From Syntrophales bacterium (GTDB taxonomy: Bacteria; Desulfobacterota; Syntrophia; Syntrophales; UBA8958), in contig DAOTJR010000002.1 in assembly GCA_035448805.1 (NCBI GenBank), positions 18,832 through 82,831 of the forward strand: a stretch of 64,000 nucleotides of DNA. The letters run 5' to 3'. A program made the translations under genes and the position numbers. Below are positions 28,342 through 36,753 of this stretch, piece by piece (position 1 is the stretch's first letter; each line of letters opens with the position of its first letter). The notes below the pieces were generated by a model. The model made no database searches. It was given only the letters and a program-made list of their open reading frames with translations, and was not told where the DNA came from.

Positions 28342-28749
28342 ATGGATAAAAAGCTTCGCCTTTCCTCATCACTGCTCGTCATGGGGATCCTGTTCCTGCT
28401 GTCGGGTTGCGCCGCCGCCCTGATAGGCGGCGCCGTGGTCGGCGCCGGCAGCGGCACATATGTGTACCTCAACGGCGAGTTGAAAACGGATTACAATGCC
28501 GGCTACGACCGGGTCTGGGCTGCCGTGGAAAAGACCGTTGCCGACATGCGCGGCACGGATGTCATCCCGGCAAAAGGTATCGGTAAAGGTCATGTCGAGG
28601 CGATAATCAACGGGGAAAAGGTACGCATCGCCGTCACTTTCAAAGAAAAAGCCATCACCGAGGTAGGGGTGCGGGTCGGCTTGATTGGCGACGAGACGGC
28701 GTCCCGGCTGATTCATACGAAAATAGGAGGCAATCTGAAAACCAAATGA
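28342..28749 (+). CDS. DUF3568-like lipoprotein
   Basis: Lipobox LLSGC followed by AAALIGGAVVGAGSGTYVYLNGELKTDY. Confidence 0.55.
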   Translation: MDKKLRLSSSLLVMGILFLLSGCAAALIGGAVVGAGSGTYVYLNGELKTDYNAGYDRVWAAVEKTVADMRGTDVIPAKGIGKGHVEAIINGEKVRIAVTFKEKAITEVGVRVGLIGDETASRLIHTKIGGNLKTK

Positions 28750-28781
28750 TTTTTAACTATAAAACGAAGATTTAACCAAAG

Positions 28782-29720
28782 ATGACTCCCCGGAGGTGGA
28801 CAGGGGTTAAGCTAAGGGCGTCCGACGCGATTTGCCGGGTCGTGTTCTGCCTGTTTTTCTATCTGTGTTCTCAGCCCGCCGTCGTCTCCGGACAGCAGAT
28901 CCCGATTCATCAATGGCCGGACGGGTTGACCCTGTGCGGCGAAGCGGTACCCCTGGAACGTCAGGACGTCGGGGAGATGATGGATCAGGCCTTTATCAGC
29001 TCCGTCTATAATCATCCGCAGGTCATCCTCTGGATCAAACGGGCCCACCGCTACTTTCCTTACCTGGAAAAACGCCTCCGGGAACGAAATCTGCCCGATG
29101 ATCTCAAATACATCGCCATCGTGGAAAGCGCCTTGAAGACGTATGTAACTTCCAGCTCCCAGGCCGTGGGTCCCTGGCAGTTCATAAGCGGGACAGCAAA
29201 GAGGTACGGCCTCCGCACGGACCGTTGGATCGACGAGCGCTACAACTTTGAGCGGGCGACGGAAGCGGCTCTCGATTACCTGACTGACCTGTACGGTGAA
29301 TTCAGAAACTGGCCCCTGGCTATCGCCGCCTACAACTGCGGAGAAAACCGTATGGCCAGAAGTCTCCAGGCCCAAGAAGTCAAAAGTTTTTATGACTTGG
29401 ATCTCCCCCTGGAAACGGAGGCGTATATCTTTCGCATCCTCGCCGCCAAGACCATCCTTTTACAACCGGAAGTCTACGGGTACGCCATACCGACCGCCCA
29501 ACGCTATCCACCCTTGAAGTACGACGAGATCAATGTCATCAGCCAAGGGGAAACGCCCCTGCTCGCCATAGCCCGCGCCGCTGGTACCACCTATAAGACC
29601 ATCAAGGAAATGAATCCGGAAATCCGCCAGAATGTCCTGCCGGCGGGGAATTACAAGGTGCGGATTCCCATGGGAAAGGCCATGGACTTCGCTGAGCGGC
29701 TGAAGAAAGAACTTCCTTGA
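28782..29720 (+). CDS. lytic transglycosylase (SLT domain)
   Basis: YIAIVESALK (catalytic Glu context), AVGPWQFISGTAKRYGL and AIAAYNCGENRM. Confidence 0.8.
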   Translation: MTPRRWTGVKLRASDAICRVVFCLFFYLCSQPAVVSGQQIPIHQWPDGLTLCGEAVPLERQDVGEMMDQAFISSVYNHPQVILWIKRAHRYFPYLEKRLRERNLPDDLKYIAIVESALKTYVTSSSQAVGPWQFISGTAKRYGLRTDRWIDERYNFERATEAALDYLTDLYGEFRNWPLAIAAYNCGENRMARSLQAQEVKSFYDLDLPLETEAYIFRILAAKTILLQPEVYGYAIPTAQRYPPLKYDEINVISQGETPLLAIARAAGTTYKTIKEMNPEIRQNVLPAGNYKVRIPMGKAMDFAERLKKELP

Positions 29721-29797
29721 CCGCCAGACCAACCGATCTTTGACAGTTTTAAAAATATATTTAACGATATTGGACATATAGATGTCCTAAAAAATTC

Positions 29798-29828
29798 TTG
29801 TCACTACACTTTACGGTTCTTATATAAT
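29798..29828 (+). promoter_or_regulatory. near-consensus sigma70 promoter with no annotated downstream gene
   Basis: TTGTCA (29798-29803), a 17-nt spacer, then TATATAAT (29821-29828, containing TATAAT), set in an AT-rich context. The next 185 nt on the plus strand hold no convincing ORF and run into the 3' end of a convergent gene. Confidence 0.55.
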
Positions 29829-30017
29829 CTATAGCTCTCTGATTGTGGGGGGATGGCAACGCCAGCCGCGGCCCGTCCGCAGGAGAGGACCTTCCCGGCA
29901 GAATCTTATCGGAAAGGTCCGTTTGCATTCATGGAACCGTTGCGGAGGCTCCGCGCCCGACAGCCTCGAAGGAGGAACGTGTCATAAATATTTCTTCCTT
30001 ATCGGGCTTAATCGCCA

Positions 30018-31439
30018 TCAGAAGTCGCCGGGAGGAATCTGAAACAACCCGGCGATGACGACGTCAAAATAGTCCGGCAGGTAGCGGTTCCAAAGCTTTA
30101 CGGGAAGATCTTTCAATTCCCCCCGGGGCGAAGAAAGGGGAAAAAGAAAAAGATAACGCATCAGATATTCCACGTTCTTCGCCAAATGGCCACGATATTG
30201 CTGGCGAAGGCGCTGGTTTATGGTCCGGTCCTCATGCATGCACCGGCCGATTTCACTCTCCAGCATCTCCTGGTAGTCGGTGATAATGATTTCCAGATAG
30301 ACATCCTTCTCTCCGGTCAGAACGAAAGCGGCGAAATCCCGGTCGGCCTGGGCCGGCGGCAGGCCCCGTCCGGTCATGACGGCACGGATGGTTTCCGGCA
30401 GGGGCTCCCGGATCAATTCATCTCGGGGCGGCTCGATGCGGATCACAAGATTGACGGCATTATACAAACCACGGTGATGTTCCTCCTCGACGACGCGGCA
30501 ATGATCGATATTGTTGAGCGCCGCCCTGACCCGACCCGTATCCCCGTCATCCATCAGCACCTTGACCCCGGCTACATCATTGATGATCAGCTCGGCCGGC
30601 CCCTTGATCTCCCGCTGCTGTCGCAGATCCTCGATAAACCGCTGTTCCGCATCGAGAAATTCCGCGAGCATCTCCTCCGGAGTGGAGAGGAGGTATTCCC
30701 GGGAGATACAGAGGCGGGCGGCCCTTTCATCCGCCATAGTTTCGGCGTTCCGTTTGATCGCCGCAAAGATCCAGTCGATGATCCGCCGCGCCCCTTTTTC
30801 CGCCAGACGGCGGATCCGTTTGATCCGCCACGAACCCAGATATTCTTCTCCTCCTTCCCGACGCCGGAAAAACAGCATGGCCTGGCAGGGTGTCTCCCGG
30901 TAGAACCTGCCGGGGTAAGTTTCATAGTCCCGGATCAACTCCTCGATCCGGTGGTTGCGGTACGGCGGTCTGCGGACCATGGCATCCTTGATTTCACCCT
31001 TACGGTAAATACGCTCCCAGCGCAGATCCCCGCCATGTAACTCCCGGAACAGCTTCACGGCAAAATCTTGAAGATACCGGAAAACATACAGCTGGTTGAA
31101 ATGGACCAGACGGGTGATCAACTCTCCGTCGCCTGCCTCCACCACCCCGTACATCCAGCGGCGGATAATGTCCTCCAATTCCCGTCGGTGTAGATAGCTG
31201 TTGATCGTGATCACCAGGGTCCTCCTGCACCGGCGGGCAACGTCGGTGCTGATCCGCGTCCCGGCCCGGAAAATGGGTTTGCCACGCTCATCATCGTTTC
31301 CCTGTCCCCCACCCCACCCCAAAATAAGGTCTCGGCATGGTGAATATGGGGTGTTCACCCGATAGACCGTTCCCCGTTTGCTTTCTATTCTACTCCCCGA
31401 AAAACGATCTTTCAATCGCCAATATCGCCGCAGCGGCAA
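30018..31439 (-). CDS. hypothetical protein with a divergent RelA/SpoT-like (RSH synthetase / nucleotidyltransferase-fold) region
   Basis: 473 aa. IINDVAGVKVLMDD ... VVEEEHHRGLYNAVNLVIRI ... VYLEIIITDYQEMLESEIGRCMHEDR parallels the RSH blocks DIAGLRI, GYRSxHLIV and EIQIRTxxxxxWAxxEH, but several catalytic positions are substituted. The true start is uncertain because no internal ATG occurs before residue ~96. Confidence 0.4.
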   Translation of the reverse strand: MPLRRYWRLKDRFSGSRIESKRGTVYRVNTPYSPCRDLILGWGGGQGNDDERGKPIFRAGTRISTDVARRCRRTLVITINSYLHRRELEDIIRRWMYGVVEAGDGELITRLVHFNQLYVFRYLQDFAVKLFRELHGGDLRWERIYRKGEIKDAMVRRPPYRNHRIEELIRDYETYPGRFYRETPCQAMLFFRRREGGEEYLGSWRIKRIRRLAEKGARRIIDWIFAAIKRNAETMADERAARLCISREYLLSTPEEMLAEFLDAEQRFIEDLRQQREIKGPAELIINDVAGVKVLMDDGDTGRVRAALNNIDHCRVVEEEHHRGLYNAVNLVIRIEPPRDELIREPLPETIRAVMTGRGLPPAQADRDFAAFVLTGEKDVYLEIIITDYQEMLESEIGRCMHEDRTINQRLRQQYRGHLAKNVEYLMRYLFLFPLSSPRGELKDLPVKLWNRYLPDYFDVVIAGLFQIPPGDF

Positions 31440-31523
31440 AACAGCGGCATCGGCTTTCAGAATTACGGGTTACATTAAAAAGCAGGAACGGCATTAACAA
31501 ACGGACATCGCAGAGGTGAAGAC

Positions 31524-32126
31524 ATGACACAAGACGACGCAGCGGACCGTACCTTCACAGATATCAACATCGGCAGAAAAGTGAAGGAGCTCAGGGAAAA
31601 GAGCCAGTTGACCATCATGGACCTGGCGGCCAAAACCGGCGTCTCCAAATCCGTCCTGGCCGAGATCGAATCCGGAGACGTCATCCCCCCCGTCGCCACG
31701 CTCCTCAAGCTCGCCAAGGCCATGAACGTCGGCATGGCCTTCTTCTTCCAGGACACGACATGGACCGACAAGATATCCGTGACCCGCAAAGACCAACGGA
31801 TTCGGATTCGACGGCGCCCCCATCACCATGAGGGAGAGGTGGACTATATCTACGAGTCCCTGGAGACAAGAAAACCAGACAAACACATGGAACCGCTGTT
31901 CGTGGAGTTTCAGCCCATGGAGACGGGGGATATGGTCTTTTCCTCTCACGAAGGAGAGGAATTCGTATATCTTTTGGAGGGGAGACTGGAATTTCGTTCC
32001 CACGAGCGCATCGAGGTCCTGGCGCCGGGAGACGCCATCTATTTCGATTCGGACCTGAGCCACGCCTTCCGAGGTCTGGACAACACGGCCGCCCGGGCGA
32101 TCGTCGTCGTCTGGAATAAACCGTAG
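31524..32126 (+). CDS. XRE-family HTH transcriptional regulator with C-terminal cupin domain
   Basis: HTH_3 segment IGRKVKELREKSQLTIMDLAAKTGVSKSVLAEIESG, and cupin segment GEEFVYLLEGRLEF...GDAIYFDS..H. Confidence 0.85.
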   Translation: MTQDDAADRTFTDINIGRKVKELREKSQLTIMDLAAKTGVSKSVLAEIESGDVIPPVATLLKLAKAMNVGMAFFFQDTTWTDKISVTRKDQRIRIRRRPHHHEGEVDYIYESLETRKPDKHMEPLFVEFQPMETGDMVFSSHEGEEFVYLLEGRLEFRSHERIEVLAPGDAIYFDSDLSHAFRGLDNTAARAIVVVWNKP

Positions 32127-32146
32127 GCAGGATGGGGAGGCGAAAA

Positions 32147-32710
32147 ATGTTGGAAATCCGTTTTCACGGTCGGGGCGGGCAGGGCACGGTAGTGGCGACG
32201 ATCCTTCTTTCCAAGGCCTTTTTCCAGGCCGGCTACGAGGTGCAGAGTTTTCCCTTCTTCGGGGTGGAACGCCGGGGCGCGCCCGTGGAGGCCTACCTCC
32301 GTCTGGACCGGAAGAAGATCCTGGCCCGGACCAACGTCACCGCCCCGGATCATGTAGTTGTACAAGACCGGACCCTGCTGCAGAGCATCGACGTCACCCG
32401 GGGTTTGAAACCGGGGGGATGGATTCTCCTAAACAGTCCGGCCTTACCGGCTGATCTCCAACCTTACCGGGGAATGAAACTCGCCGTCGTGGATGCCACC
32501 CGGATCGCCCTCCGCCATCTCTTAGGAAGCCGCACCCACCCCATCGTGAACACAGCCATGATCGGCGCCTTTGCCAGGATGATGGAAATGCCGCCTCTGG
32601 AGGCCGTCTGCAGCGCCATCCGGGAAGAGGCGCCTGCGGAACCGGAAGCGAACATCGCCGCCGCCCGGGACGCTTACGAGGAAGTACTTTTACCGGGTTT
32701 GATATCATAG
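32147..32710 (+). CDS. 2-oxoacid:ferredoxin oxidoreductase gamma subunit
   Basis: MLEIRFHGRGGQGTVVATILLSKAF...FGVERRGAPV is the canonical POR/VOR/KOR gamma signature. The ATG at 32147 lies 6 nt after GGGGAGG. Confidence 0.85.
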   Translation: MLEIRFHGRGGQGTVVATILLSKAFFQAGYEVQSFPFFGVERRGAPVEAYLRLDRKKILARTNVTAPDHVVVQDRTLLQSIDVTRGLKPGGWILLNSPALPADLQPYRGMKLAVVDATRIALRHLLGSRTHPIVNTAMIGAFARMMEMPPLEAVCSAIREEAPAEPEANIAAARDAYEEVLLPGLIS

Positions 32711-32719
32711 GTGAGGAAT

Positions 32720-34480
32720 ATGGAAGCACCCATCCCTTTGAAGAACATCCTGTACATGCCGCGGACCTCCACCACCACGGAGATGAACAAGACAGGTTCG
32801 TGGCGGTTTCTCCGTCCCCGCTACGAAGAAAAGACCTCCCCCTGCAGCGCCGCCTGCCCGGCGGGAGAAGATATCGCCCGGATCGAGATGCTCATCACCC
32901 AGGGCGCCTTCAAAGAAGCCTGGGAGACGATCCTCCTGGAAAACCCCCTCCCCGGCGTCTGCGGCCGGGTGTGCTATCATCCCTGCGAAGGAAAATGCAA
33001 CCGCCGGGAGTTCGATGCCGCCGTGGCCGTTCACACCATGGAGCGCTTCCTCGCCGATGCCGCCGCCCGCAACGAGACCAAACCGGCCTTGCCGCGGCAA
33101 CCGGCCACAGGCAGGAAGATAGCCGTTATCGGCTCCGGACCTTCGGGATTGTCCGCCGCCTGGTTTCTGAACCTTCTTGGATACGAAGCGGAGGTCTTCG
33201 AGGCCATGCCCGCCCCGGGCGGGATGCTCCGCTGGGGAATTCCCGCCTACCGTCTCCCCGAAGCGGTTTTGAACCGGGAAATCAACCGGATTGTAGACCA
33301 GGGGGTCAGCATTAAAACCGGGGAGACCGTTTCCGCCGGCCGCTTCGAAGAAATGAGAAAGTCGTATGACGCGATCTTCCTCGGCTGCGGCTACTGGCGC
33401 GACCGGCATCTGAACATCCCCGGCGAGGACGGCCCGGGGGTGGAGGACGGCCTCTCCTTCCTCCGGGAGATCCGCAGCGGCGTAAAACGGAAAGTACCGG
33501 GCCTGGCGGCGGTCATCGGCGGCGGGAACACAGCCATCGACGTGGCCAGAAGCGTTATCAGGCAGGGAGGACAAGCGGTCATAATCTATCGACGCCGTCG
33601 TGATGACATGCCCGCCTTCGCCGAAGAGGTACAGAGCGCCCTGGAGGAAGGGGTTGAACTCCGGGAGCTGCTGGCGCCGGTGGAAATCACCGCCGTCGGT
33701 CCGGACTGTCTGCTGACCCTTCAGCCGATGCAGATCGCCGGCCGGGATCGGGACGGGCGGGGTAAAATCGCCCCCGCCGCCGCCCCCCCGATACAGATTA
33801 CCGTGCAGCGGGTCTTTACGGCCACCGGCGCCGAGGCGGCCGCTTCGTGGTACAATCCCACCGCGGGCGGGGCGCCGGAAACGGGTGTGATATTCAGCCA
33901 CTGCCGCTTACATGCAGACGGACGGGGTGCCCCGGTGGTTTACGGCGGCGATCTCACCACCGCCGACAAGAACGTCACCCAGGCCATCGCCTCGGGGAAA
34001 CAGGCCGCCCTGGCCCTCGACATCTTTTTCCGTCACGGCGCCGACGCCATTGAAGAACGTCTCGCCCCCTGCCGGGTCGGCAACGGCCCCTCCCTCTCCC
34101 TGGAAATTTACATCGGCGGCCGACGTAAGGAGCGCAACGCCCACATCGTCACCTATGGGGAGATCAACACCGATTATTTCCAATACGAGGCCCGGATCGT
34201 CCAACCCCGACTCCTCATTGAAGAGCGGCATGCCTCCTTCGACGAGATCGAGCTGAAAATCTCGGCCCATACCGCCATGCGCGAGGCGGGGCGCTGCTTC
34301 AACTGCGGCATCTGCAACGCCTGTGACAACTGCTATCTATTCTGTCCCGACGTCTCGATCCTCCGGGCCCGGGATATGACGGACCGCCGGATCAATTATG
34401 ACTATTGCAAGGGATGCGGTCTCTGCGTCGTGGAATGCCCCCGGAACGCCATGACCCTGGACGAGGAGGAAACATCATGA
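32720..34480 (+). CDS. GltD/NfnB-like NAD(P)H-dependent FAD oxidoreductase fused to an OFOR delta-type 2x[4Fe-4S] ferredoxin domain
   Basis: The N-terminal Cys clusters are CSAACPAGEDI and CGRVCYHPCEGKCNR. There are two dinucleotide folds, KIAVIGSGPSGLSAAW (followed by APGGMLRWGIPAYRLP) and AAVIGGGNTAIDVA. The C-terminal part reads CFNCGICNACDNCYLFCPD...CKGCGLCVVECP. Its stop overlaps the alpha-subunit start (ATGA). Confidence 0.8.
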   Translation: MEAPIPLKNILYMPRTSTTTEMNKTGSWRFLRPRYEEKTSPCSAACPAGEDIARIEMLITQGAFKEAWETILLENPLPGVCGRVCYHPCEGKCNRREFDAAVAVHTMERFLADAAARNETKPALPRQPATGRKIAVIGSGPSGLSAAWFLNLLGYEAEVFEAMPAPGGMLRWGIPAYRLPEAVLNREINRIVDQGVSIKTGETVSAGRFEEMRKSYDAIFLGCGYWRDRHLNIPGEDGPGVEDGLSFLREIRSGVKRKVPGLAAVIGGGNTAIDVARSVIRQGGQAVIIYRRRRDDMPAFAEEVQSALEEGVELRELLAPVEITAVGPDCLLTLQPMQIAGRDRDGRGKIAPAAAPPIQITVQRVFTATGAEAAASWYNPTAGGAPETGVIFSHCRLHADGRGAPVVYGGDLTTADKNVTQAIASGKQAALALDIFFRHGADAIEERLAPCRVGNGPSLSLEIYIGGRRKERNAHIVTYGEINTDYFQYEARIVQPRLLIEERHASFDEIELKISAHTAMREAGRCFNCGICNACDNCYLFCPDVSILRARDMTDRRINYDYCKGCGLCVVECPRNAMTLDEEETS

Positions 34481-35646
34481 AAAAGGTCTTAGAAGGCAGC
34501 CATGCCGTGGCGGAAGCGGTCAGGCTGGCCAAGGTACAGGTCATTTCCGCCTATCCCATCACCCCGCAGACCCATATCGTGGAGATCCTTTCGGATTATG
34601 TCACGACAGGAAAGATGGACGCCAAGTTCCTCCGGGTGGAAAGCGAACACTCCTGTCTGGCCGCCCTGATCGGCGCCCAGAGTACGGGTGTGCGGAGCTT
34701 CACCGCCACCTCCTCCCAGGGGCTGGCCCTGATGCACGAACTGCTCCACTGGGCATCCGGGGCCCGCCTTCCCATCGTCATGGCGGAGGTGAACCGCGCC
34801 CTCGCCCCCGGCTGGAATATCTGGAGCGACCAGACCGACAGCCTCGCCCAGCGGGACACGGGATGGATGCAGTTGTACTGCGAAGATGCCCAGGAAGTCC
34901 TCGACACCACCATCCTGGCCTACCGCCTGGCGGAAAGGGTCAATCTTCCCGCCATGGTGGTCTTGGACGCCTTTTTCCTCTCCCACACGTATGAACCGGT
35001 GGACATCCCCTCACCGGAGGACGTGGACCGTTTTCTTCCCCCCTATGTCCCGGCATTCATCCTCGATACCGCTCATCCCTGCTCCCTGAGTCCGCTGGTG
35101 ACACCCAACGCCTATCTGGAGATGCGTTATGACATCGCCACGGCCATGGAAGACGCCCTGGAAGCCTTTGTTGCGGTGGACGGTGAGTTCGCTGACATAT
35201 TCGGACGCCGTTACGGGGCCGTGGAAGAGATCGCCGGCAGTGACGCCGATACGATCTTCGTGACCTCCGGAACCGTCACGAGCACCGCCCGCATGGCCGT
35301 GGAAGAACTCCGCGCCCGGGGGGAAAAGGTCGGGGCGCTGAAGATAAAGCTTTTCCGTCCCTTTCCCGTGGAGGCGGTTCGCCGGGCCTTGGCAAAAGCC
35401 AAAAAGGTCATTGTGGTGGACCGCAATTTTTCCTTCGGGGCCAGCGGCATCTTCGCCCAGGAGGTTCGGGCCGCCTTGTGCAACCTCCCCGGGCATCCGC
35501 CGGTCTTCGGCTATATCGCCGGACTCGGCGGCCGGGACATCACGACGAAAATGTTGTTGGACATATATTTCGAGGTAAAAAGGAGCGATATGCCCGTCCA
35601 GGACAGTATCTGGGTGGGGCTCCAGGAGGTGAACCGTGCAACTTGA
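34477..35646 (+). CDS. 2-oxoacid:ferredoxin oxidoreductase alpha subunit
   Basis: MKKVLEGSHAVAEAVRLAKVQVISAYPITPQTHIVE and later blocks are typical of PorA/VorA/KorA. Confidence 0.85.
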   Translation: MKKVLEGSHAVAEAVRLAKVQVISAYPITPQTHIVEILSDYVTTGKMDAKFLRVESEHSCLAALIGAQSTGVRSFTATSSQGLALMHELLHWASGARLPIVMAEVNRALAPGWNIWSDQTDSLAQRDTGWMQLYCEDAQEVLDTTILAYRLAERVNLPAMVVLDAFFLSHTYEPVDIPSPEDVDRFLPPYVPAFILDTAHPCSLSPLVTPNAYLEMRYDIATAMEDALEAFVAVDGEFADIFGRRYGAVEEIAGSDADTIFVTSGTVTSTARMAVEELRARGEKVGALKIKLFRPFPVEAVRRALAKAKKVIVVDRNFSFGASGIFAQEVRAALCNLPGHPPVFGYIAGLGGRDITTKMLLDIYFEVKRSDMPVQDSIWVGLQEVNRAT

Positions 35647-36517
35647 AGCCTTGGACAGGGAATTGATGTGTTCCGGCCATGTGGGCTGCCCGGGATGCGG
35701 CGCCACGATCGCCATGCGCTTCATGCTGAAGGCCCTGGGGGAAAAGACCGTTTTGGTGCTGCCGGCGTGCTGCTGGTCCGTCATCGCCGGCCCTTATCCG
35801 CAATCGTCCCTGAAGATACCGGTAATCCACACCGCCTTCGAAACCGGGGGCGCCACCGCCAGCGGGGTCCGAGCGGCGCTCGATATGAAGGGGGATCGTG
35901 AAACGACGGTGGTCACCTGGGCCGGGGACGGCGGCACCTTCGACATCGGTTTTCAGGCCTTGAGCGGTGCCGTGGAGCGAAACGAGGATTTCATCTATAT
36001 GTGTTACGACAACGAGGCCTATATGAATACCGGCATTCAGCGTAGCTCCTCGACCCCTTACGGGGCCTGGACCACGACGACGACCGGTGCGGACTGGAAG
36101 AAACTCCGGAAGAAAAACATCGTCGAAGCCCTGGTCGCCCATCGCATCCCCTACGCAGCCACAGCCAATATCGCCTTTCCGGAAGACCTGGTCCGCAAGG
36201 TAAAAAAGGCCAAAGAAGTCAAAGGGTCACGATTCCTGCACATCTACGCGAGCTGTCCCACGGGCTGGCGGATCCCCTCGGAGATGTCGATCAAGATCGC
36301 GCGCATGGCCGTCCAGACTAACATCTTTCCCCTCTACGAGGTGGAAAACGGGGTAAACTATACGATCAACGTCAAGCCACGGGAATACCTCGTCCGGGAG
36401 TACTTCAAACTGCAGGGCCGCTTCCGCCATCTCAGTGAAGCCGATCTCGACCAGATCCAGGCCATGGTAAACGAGGACTGGGAACTCCTCTTGCGCAAGG
36501 CGGGAGAACACGCCTGA
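35636..36517 (+). CDS. 2-oxoacid:ferredoxin oxidoreductase beta subunit (TPP-binding)
   Basis: CSGHVGCPGCGATIAMR, GDGGTFDIGFQALSGAVERNEDFIYMCYDNEAYMNTGIQRS. The start is either GTG 35636 or ATG 35666. Confidence 0.85.
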   Translation: MQLEALDRELMCSGHVGCPGCGATIAMRFMLKALGEKTVLVLPACCWSVIAGPYPQSSLKIPVIHTAFETGGATASGVRAALDMKGDRETTVVTWAGDGGTFDIGFQALSGAVERNEDFIYMCYDNEAYMNTGIQRSSSTPYGAWTTTTTGADWKKLRKKNIVEALVAHRIPYAATANIAFPEDLVRKVKKAKEVKGSRFLHIYASCPTGWRIPSEMSIKIARMAVQTNIFPLYEVENGVNYTINVKPREYLVREYFKLQGRFRHLSEADLDQIQAMVNEDWELLLRKAGEHA

Positions 36518-36753
36518 GAATCGAACCGACTCACGACAACCGCCGGCACGGGTTGCCTTTCCGCTCCCCGTACCGGGGCGGCGGCCCGGCCGTTCTCCCG
36601 GCATTGCGGCCAGTTTTCGGCAGGCCCGCGAGTCCGTTTTCACCAGCATCATCCCCTCCTGAACCCGGTCGCGGCAACTTATCCCCGCCTCCCGATCGCC
36701 GATACCCATTCCCTCATCCCGGACCCGGCCGGGATCGGGAGAGTCTTTCGGCT

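Noticed and set aside
29835-30017. Assigning the transcript predicted downstream of the orphan promoter to 6S RNA, SRP RNA, tmRNA or a known riboswitch class (glycine, c-di-GMP, TPP, guanidine).
   Set aside because: The length is compatible with 6S. However, I found no convincing 5'/3' closing stem, no SRP domain IV motif, no tmRNA 5' end, and no riboswitch core sequence. The region is reported only as an unassigned candidate.
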